A model generated the notes under the pieces. It made no database searches, had not been told where the DNA came from, and saw nothing but the letters and a program-made list of their open reading frames with translations. The position numbers were made by a program, and so were the translations under genes. From Armatimonadota bacterium (GTDB lineage: Bacteria > Armatimonadota > Zipacnadia > Zipacnadales > UBA5352), in contig JAYENL010000130.1 of NCBI GenBank assembly GCA_034722055.1, positions 3,772 through 67,771 on the forward strand: 64,000 bases of DNA, given 5' to 3'. Shown in pieces: positions 58,361-64,000 of the stretch. Position 1 is the first letter of the stretch. Each line of letters starts with the position of its first letter.

Positions 58361-58737
58361 ACCCCGAGGTGCGCGGCAAGCTTGATCGCGCTGGATCATC
58401 ATTGGAGGCGGCGCGCGTCCTGGCGGCTGAGGATCTGGCCAACCAGGCGGCTGCCGAGGCGTATTACGCGATGTTCCACGCCGCGACCGCGGCCCTGGCC
58501 GCACGTGACCAAAGCTACTCCAAGCACTCAGCGGTGATAAGCGCCTTCGGCCGCGAGTTCGCGAAGACCGGCGAACTGCCGGCGGAACTGCACCGGCGAC
58601 TCCGGGAGGCCTTTGAGACCCGCCTCTCGGCGACGTATGACTACACCCACCAAGTGACCGTTGCCGAGGCCGTCGCTCTCTGCGACGAGGCCGAGCAGTT
58701 CATCGCCGCCATCGAGCACTACCTGCAGCGGCGATAG
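58357..58737 (+). CDS. HEPN domain protein, array copy 3
   Basis: EAYYAMFH, SKHSAV, FGREF, TRLSATY; TTGA overlap. Confidence 0.88.
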   Translation: MNPEVRGKLDRAGSSLEAARVLAAEDLANQAAAEAYYAMFHAATAALAARDQSYSKHSAVISAFGREFAKTGELPAELHRRLREAFETRLSATYDYTHQVTVAEAVALCDEAEQFIAAIEHYLQRR

Positions 58738-58740
58738 CCA

Positions 58741-59181
58741 TCATGACTGCGCCTGGGAGGGAACGTCCTCTTCGCGCTTGAGCCCAGGGACGGAAGAGAG
58801 CTTGCGGTCGAAGGAGTAGAGCCGCCCCTCGCACTCCTCCAGCGCTGCCGCACAGGCGCAGGCGTCTCCGAAGTGCTTCACCGTGTCCCTGAAGAGCCGC
58901 AAGGCGCGCAAATACCGCGGCGTATCGGTCATCAAGAAGCCATCGGTCTGGAGAAGGGGAATGAGCCCGTCGCTGATTTCCTCGTTGGGCAGTTCGTAAT
59001 AGGAGGAGGGCACGTAGACTACCTCAGCAAGCGTCACAGGGTCGCAGACTACTGCAGCCTTCCCCCGCTGCGCGCTGCGGAGAATCGTGGCCGCCTTGGC
59101 TGCCAGGGCTTCCTCGTCTCGCAGCAGGAAGCGCAGAATCACGTTGGCGTCGATTACCCACAGTTCCCGCGTGTTACTCAT
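58741..59181 (-). CDS. PIN domain (VapC-like) toxin
   Basis: VIDANVILR, TLAEVV, FGDA, YSFD. Confidence 0.87.
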   Translation of the reverse strand: MSNTRELWVIDANVILRFLLRDEEALAAKAATILRSAQRGKAAVVCDPVTLAEVVYVPSSYYELPNEEISDGLIPLLQTDGFLMTDTPRYLRALRLFRDTVKHFGDACACAAALEECEGRLYSFDRKLSSVPGLKREEDVPSQAQS

Positions 59182-59425
59182 CCGCCACCTGCTTGGCTAC
59201 AGCTTCCTGCGCCTCACGCCGGACGGTGTCCCACTCGGCATCCCTGCCCTGCGCGTACTCGTGGAAGATCCCGAACAGCTCGTCAACCGATCTGAGAGGC
59301 CACAGCACTGCCTCATCCTCGCGGGCCTCCAGTGCCAACTCGTCCCCGGGCTGTATACCCAGCTTCCGACGAACATCGGCAGGTATCGTGATGCGGCCCT
59401 GTTCCGAGACCCTGACCTTTGTCAT
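59174..59425 (-). CDS. AbrB/MazE-type antitoxin
   Basis: VSEQGRITIPADVRRKLGIQPGD; AGGAGGT RBS; overlaps the PIN start. Confidence 0.88.
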   Translation of the reverse strand: MTKVRVSEQGRITIPADVRRKLGIQPGDELALEAREDEAVLWPLRSVDELFGIFHEYAQGRDAEWDTVRREAQEAVAKQVADE

Positions 59426-59609
59426 GTCGGCGTACCTCCTGCTCTCCATCTTACCCATGTTCCCAGGACCGCACAAGACGCCGCATGGGCCCCGAAACTC
59501 GGAGGCTCCAAGACCGCTCCGACCAGGACGAGCTTTCAGCCCGCCAGGCAGCGAACGCCCGAGAGGTCCGGAGGGTGATTCCTCACGCCGGATCGAGGCG
59601 GGAGCCGAC

Positions 59610-61265
59610 TCAGGAGCGGTCAGTTCGGCGCAGCAGCACGCCGCCGTCGTCGAAGCGCTTGACGATCTCGAATCCCGGCAGCGGCTGCTCCCCCGCCATG
59701 ATCGGCTCCCAGGCGACGGTCATCCCCCGGTTGCCGGGGCGGTGCTTGATATGCACCCAGTCCGCGGGCACCATCTGCTCGTGCATGCGGAGGAACTGCT
59801 CCGGCGTCAGCGGCAGGCCGATGGCGTACATCCCCGGGCTCCACGCCACCAGCGCGTGGTGCGTGGACACCACCACGTCGTCCTGCGAGCCGTGGGAGGA
59901 GAGGTATCCCGCCAGCGTCCGGGCCCGCTCGAGCGCCTCCTGGTGATAGGGCCCGACGGCCAGGTCGAACAGCGTCGGGACGGCCATGAGGGCCACGATG
60001 AGCCCCAGGGGGATCACCGCCAGCCGCATGGAGGCGCCGTAGCGGCGCAGCAGCTCGAAGCCGAAGGCCGCGCCCAGCGTAGCGCAGAGCGGCCCCAGCG
60101 GGTCCAGATAGCGGTTCACCGAGACCCCGCCGTGCCCGTAGGACGCCAGCGGCAGCAGCAGCAGTTGCTCGGCCGCCAGAGCGTAGACCAGCCAGTGCAG
60201 GCGCACTCGCTTCCCGCCCGCCAGCACCACCACCATCTCCGCCACGAACAGCGCCACCAGCAGGGCCATGCCGCCCATGGTCACGAAGTCCGGCCACGCC
60301 CGTTCCGCGATCCGGGCGTACTTGCGGGCCATCACGCCCGGGTGCGCGCGGATGAACTCCAGCGTCCCCCAGCTCTCCAGCACGTGTGAGGAGCCCCGGC
60401 CGGGATACAGGCCCGTGTCGCGCCGAGTGCTGATGTCCTGCTGCGCCGAGTAGCCGAACTCCCCGGCCAGATGCTGCATCTGCAGCCCCCACCAGACCAT
60501 CGCGATAATCAGCGGGATGCAGAACATCAGCGCGCGGCCTACGGCTCGGAGCCAGCCGGCGTCCCAGGAGCGCCACAGGACGAACAGGACCATCAGCGGC
60601 GCCCACAGCATCATCGTCGAGCGCCCCAGATAGCCGATGCCCACCGCCCCTCCCGCGGCCAGGGCCACCGGCCAGGTCAGCCGGAACGTGAAGAGGTAGG
60701 CCACGGCCGCCAGCGCGAAGATGGTGCTGCTCTCCGTCAGGCCCGTGACGCCGTACCATAGCCCGGCCGGTGAGAGAGTGTAGCCGCAGGCCGCCAGGGC
60801 TCCGGCGCCTCGTCCCCCAAGCCGGTCGCCGAGGAGGAACACCAGGGGCACCGAGAGCACGAAGAAGACCCCGGACGAGAGCGCCACCGCCGTGGGCTCG
60901 GAGGTCACGTGCGTCAGCGCAGCGATGGCCATCACGGGGAGCGGGGCACGCGTGGCGCTGGGCCAGGGCGGGTCCTCCCTCCCCCGCTCGGCCAGGCCGG
61001 CGACCATCGACGGAACGGCCGCTCGGGTGGTGAAGCCCCTCCCGGCCGCCAGCTCCCGCGCCGCCGCCACCGCCTCCATGGTGTCCTCGCGAGGCAACAC
61101 GTGGAAGTCGGTCCGCGCCAGGTAGGCTGCATAGACGGCGGCGGCCAGCACCAGCACGATGAGCGCTGCTCGCGCCGGCGGGCGAGCCGGGCCCTCCTGC
61201 CCGCCGGCGCCTTCCCCGCCCTCTCCGCCCGGGCCGGACCTCCGCTCATCGACCACCCTGGTCAC
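59610..61265 (-). CDS. GT-C (PMT/ArnT-like) membrane glycosyltransferase
   Basis: Multi-TM; ED..EAVAAARELAAGRGF, RAPL, GLTES, NRYLDP. Confidence 0.75.
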   Translation of the reverse strand: MTRVVDERRSGPGGEGGEGAGGQEGPARPPARAALIVLVLAAAVYAAYLARTDFHVLPREDTMEAVAAARELAAGRGFTTRAAVPSMVAGLAERGREDPPWPSATRAPLPVMAIAALTHVTSEPTAVALSSGVFFVLSVPLVFLLGDRLGGRGAGALAACGYTLSPAGLWYGVTGLTESSTIFALAAVAYLFTFRLTWPVALAAGGAVGIGYLGRSTMMLWAPLMVLFVLWRSWDAGWLRAVGRALMFCIPLIIAMVWWGLQMQHLAGEFGYSAQQDISTRRDTGLYPGRGSSHVLESWGTLEFIRAHPGVMARKYARIAERAWPDFVTMGGMALLVALFVAEMVVVLAGGKRVRLHWLVYALAAEQLLLLPLASYGHGGVSVNRYLDPLGPLCATLGAAFGFELLRRYGASMRLAVIPLGLIVALMAVPTLFDLAVGPYHQEALERARTLAGYLSSHGSQDDVVVSTHHALVAWSPGMYAIGLPLTPEQFLRMHEQMVPADWVHIKHRPGNRGMTVAWEPIMAGEQPLPGFEIVKRFDDGGVLLRRTDRS

Positions 61266-61298
61266 CTCCGGGCGCGTACCCGGTCGCCCGAGCCATGC

Positions 61299-62318
61299 CT
61301 ACCGCGCGTCCTCTCCACGCTCGGGGGCTTCGCTGGTACGGGAGGGAGGCACCGCCTCGCGGCTGCGGCGCTCGTTCTCCGACATGAGCTGCAGCTCCTT
61401 GACGCGCTGCAGCGTGTCCTGCACCAGCTTGCGGTTGGCCCCAATGAGGTCCGCCAGCACCCCCACCACCACGCTCAGCGCCCCCACCATCACCAGCATG
61501 GCGCCCACAATGACTGACTGCACGTGGCCGGTGCCCTCGCCGATGGCCATGAAGTACAGGTAACGGATGCCCAGCGCCACGCCCAGGCCGGCGAACACCG
61601 CCCCCACGATGTTGAAGAAGACCCCCGGCTGGTAGAGGGCGTAGATGCGCAGGATGGTGCCGACCGACCGGCGGATATACTCCGGGATGCTGCGGAAGAG
61701 GCGGGACTCTCGCGTCGTGGGGTTGGTCCGGATGGGCACCTCGGCGACGGCCAGCCCGCTGCGCCCCGCCTGGATCAGCGTCTCGTGGGTGTAGGTGAAG
61801 TCCGAGACGACCGTCAGCCCCATGGCCGCGGCACGGCTGTAGGCCCGAAAGCCGCTGGTGGCGTCAGAGATGTCGGTGGCCGAGACCTTGCGCACCACCC
61901 AGCTTCCCAGCCGCTGCAGCCGCCTCTTGGCCCAGGAGAACTCCTCGATCTCATCGATGGGCCGCGCCCCCACCACCATGTCGGCCTCGCGGGCCACGAT
62001 GGGCCGCACCAGATCCGGGATGCACTCGCCGCCGTACTGGTTGTCGGCATCGGTGTTGACGATGACGTCGGCGCCCAGCCGCAGGGCCGCCTCGATCCCG
62101 GCGCTCCAGGCGGCTGCGAGGCCGCGGTTCTGGGCGAAGCTGACGATGTGGTGGGCGCCGGCCTCCCGCGCCGCCTTCACCGTGTCGTCGGTGGACCCGT
62201 CGTCGATGATGAGGATCTGGACCTCGTCCACGCCCGCGATCTCGCGGGGGATATCCGCGATGGTCTCGCCGATGGTCTGCTCCTCATTCAGACACGGGAT
62301 CTGGACGATGAGCTTCAT
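61299..62318 (-). CDS. Glycosyltransferase family 2
   Basis: MKLIVQIPCLNEE, DDGSTD, NTDADNQY, DATSGFRAY, two C-terminal TMs. Confidence 0.92.
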   Translation of the reverse strand: MKLIVQIPCLNEEQTIGETIADIPREIAGVDEVQILIIDDGSTDDTVKAAREAGAHHIVSFAQNRGLAAAWSAGIEAALRLGADVIVNTDADNQYGGECIPDLVRPIVAREADMVVGARPIDEIEEFSWAKRRLQRLGSWVVRKVSATDISDATSGFRAYSRAAAMGLTVVSDFTYTHETLIQAGRSGLAVAEVPIRTNPTTRESRLFRSIPEYIRRSVGTILRIYALYQPGVFFNIVGAVFAGLGVALGIRYLYFMAIGEGTGHVQSVIVGAMLVMVGALSVVVGVLADLIGANRKLVQDTLQRVKELQLMSENERRSREAVPPSRTSEAPERGEDAR

Positions 62319-62410
62319 CTCGGCCCCCGTGGCAGAGCGTCGCTGAGCGTGGCTCCGGGACTCTACGGCATCACCGAGTGTTGCGCCAACGGCGGGTCGC
62401 CGCGCCGGCC

Positions 62411-62439
62411 AGTATACACGATGCCTACCGCACTCGCAA
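62411..62439 (-). promoter_or_regulatory. Putative sigma70 promoter
   Basis: TTGCGA-17 nt-TATACT upstream of the GT2 gene. Confidence 0.55.
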
Positions 62440-62455
62440 TAGCGTGAGGACCGCG

Positions 62456-63439
62456 TCAGGGCCGCTCGGCGGGCGCCTCGGCCTCCTCCAGCGACTTCGG
62501 CCCGGGGACGCCTGCGGGCAACACCCACGCCAGGCCGATAGCCGACATCTCCGCCAGGGTGCGCCACACCCGCGCCACCAGCGCAAGCACACCCGGGCCG
62601 GGCACCGCTCCCGTCAGCGCCAGCACGCCCGCCAGCGTGGCATCGGAGACGCCCAGGCCGACCGGCGCGAAGACGGTCAGCGTGCTGCCTATCTGGGAGA
62701 TCATCAGCGAGATGGCCAGCCCCGGGAAGTCCCACAGCGGCGCCCCCAGCGTGCCCCGGGTGAGCAGGTAGAAGCCTGACGTGTAGAGCGCCCAGAAGAC
62801 CAGGTAGCCCGCCAGCAGCGCCGCGATCCTTCCCGCTCCCAGCTCGCGAGGCAGCTCGGGCCTGCCGAGCGTGCGCAGCACGAAGTTCCCGAGGCGGTTG
62901 AAGACCGCCGGATGCGCCACCACCGCCGAGACCAGCAGCATCATTGCCAGCGCCGCCATGTAGGACTGCCCCACTCCCATGTGGTACAGTCCCAGCCCCG
63001 CCAGCAGCGCCGCCACCAGATTCCGCAGCAGCGTCTCCAGGACCACGCTGCCCGCCACCGGCACCTTGGGGACACCATAGCGGCCCGCGATCTCGGCCCG
63101 GAAGATGAGAATCACCACCTTCCCGGGCACGTAGTTCCCCAGCAGCGAGACAACCGCCGCCCTCATGCCGACCGCGGCGCCGATCGTGTAGCCCAGACCC
63201 CGGATCATCACCACCCACAGCAGCCCCTGCCAGAAGAAGGCCACCACCACGCACAGCACCGACAGGGCGATCAGGCGGGGGCTGACCTCCAGCTCTGCCC
63301 ACTGGATGCGCCCAACGTCGTGCCATGCCCGCCAGCCCACCCATGCCAGCAGGGCCAGCACCGCCAGCATCGCCGCGATCCGCTTCAGCAGCGATCGCAC
63401 CGGGCGGCCAGATTGTGCGCGGTTGTGCGTGTCCGCCAT
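62456..63439 (-). CDS. Lysylphosphatidylglycerol synthase TM region / flippase-like membrane protein
   Basis: Multi-TM; LGNYVPGK, APVGLGVSD, ARVW motifs. Confidence 0.8.
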   Translation of the reverse strand: MADTHNRAQSGRPVRSLLKRIAAMLAVLALLAWVGWRAWHDVGRIQWAELEVSPRLIALSVLCVVVAFFWQGLLWVVMIRGLGYTIGAAVGMRAAVVSLLGNYVPGKVVILIFRAEIAGRYGVPKVPVAGSVVLETLLRNLVAALLAGLGLYHMGVGQSYMAALAMMLLVSAVVAHPAVFNRLGNFVLRTLGRPELPRELGAGRIAALLAGYLVFWALYTSGFYLLTRGTLGAPLWDFPGLAISLMISQIGSTLTVFAPVGLGVSDATLAGVLALTGAVPGPGVLALVARVWRTLAEMSAIGLAWVLPAGVPGPKSLEEAEAPAERP

Positions 63440-63676
63440 CAGCTCACCCGGGGCATTCGGAGGATGAAGAGCCCGCAGCCTCGATAGGCCTCGCAGCGGC
63501 TGCGCAGCGTCCGGCCGCTCGTTCGTCGCCTCCCACGTCCCCACCTTCCGCGTCCTGCAAGGGCTTCGATGCTCCCGTCCTCGGGGGCCCCCTCGGTCAG
63601 CACCGCGCCTACCTCGGTCTTGCCTCAGGGTCACACAGGTCCCGGTCCCGCCGGCGGTGAATGCCCTCTGACAGCT

Positions 63677-64000
63677 ATGAGAGTCGACGATGACGCCACA
63701 GCCGAGGGCGACGAGGCCAGTACCTGGTCGATCGGCCACAGCAACCGCGATCTGGCGGAGTTCATCGAGGCCCTGCGTGACGCGAACATCGAGGTGCTCG
63801 TGGACGTGCGGCGCTGGCCCACCAGCCGCTTCCCGCACTTCAACCGGGAGGAGCTGGCCGACGCCCTCGCCGAGCACGGTATCGAGTACCGATGGATGGG
63901 CGAGAGCCTGGGCGGGTATCGCAGCGGCGGCTATGCGCGGCACATGGAGAGCGAGGAGTTCGCAGAGGCTATCGAGGAGCTGCAGGAACTGGGCCGGCGT
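63677..64000 (+). CDS. DUF488 family protein (5' part; runs off the window edge)
   Basis: Manual translation ...WSIGHSNR...LVDVRRWPTSRFPHFNRE...LGGYR. Confidence 0.85.
   Translation, partial: MRVDDDATAEGDEASTWSIGHSNRDLAEFIEALRDANIEVLVDVRRWPTSRFPHFNREELADALAEHGIEYRWMGESLGGYRSGGYARHMESEEFAEAIEELQELGRR

Noticed and set aside
56564-58737. Repeat-variable-repeat pattern as a CRISPR array, integron or DGR
   Set aside because: The repeats are ~246 bp and protein-coding. No cas, integrase/attC or reverse transcriptase is present, and the differences are not adenine-specific.
61299-63344. 681-aa version of the GT2 ORF
   Set aside because: The upstream part overlaps the flippase-like gene in another frame; the family N-terminus MKLIVQIPC starts at 62318 with its own promoter-like site.

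Overview
A high-GC, gene-dense chromosomal window from a bacterium. KDO (LPS) genes occur together with a Firmicute-like sigH-tRNA-tuf-rpmG-secE-nusG-rplKAJL block, an SLH protein and many sugar-epimerase, UroD-like and sulfatase-like genes. This suggests a diderm Terrabacteria member such as Armatimonadota (inference only). Core content: a long minus-strand run (maf-mreBCD-kdsB-kdsA-kdsD-metallophosphoesterase-coaX-dusB), gatB, proA-proB, the ribosomal/secE/tuf cluster with four tRNAs, secG, and several glycosyltransferase modules. Most notable: (1) a tandem array of three MNT-HEPN toxin-antitoxin-like pairs (56564-58737) built from near-identical ~246-bp repeats that flank divergent MNT-C/HEPN-N cassettes; (2) two diverged copies of a highly structured, transposase-less ~0.4-kb element bounded by TA (23211-23624, 28910-29271), one of which splits a methyltransferase gene; (3) a second pair of paralogous MNT/HEPN modules in permuted order, one fused but keeping an internal ribosome-binding site and one with a DxD-to-DxN change; (4) a ClpC N-domain-RidA fusion; (5) a probable AUU start for rplJ; (6) an L11 with a repetitive acidic tail. 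No CRISPR array, rRNA or transposase was seen. All product calls come from motif recognition by eye; no database search was run.
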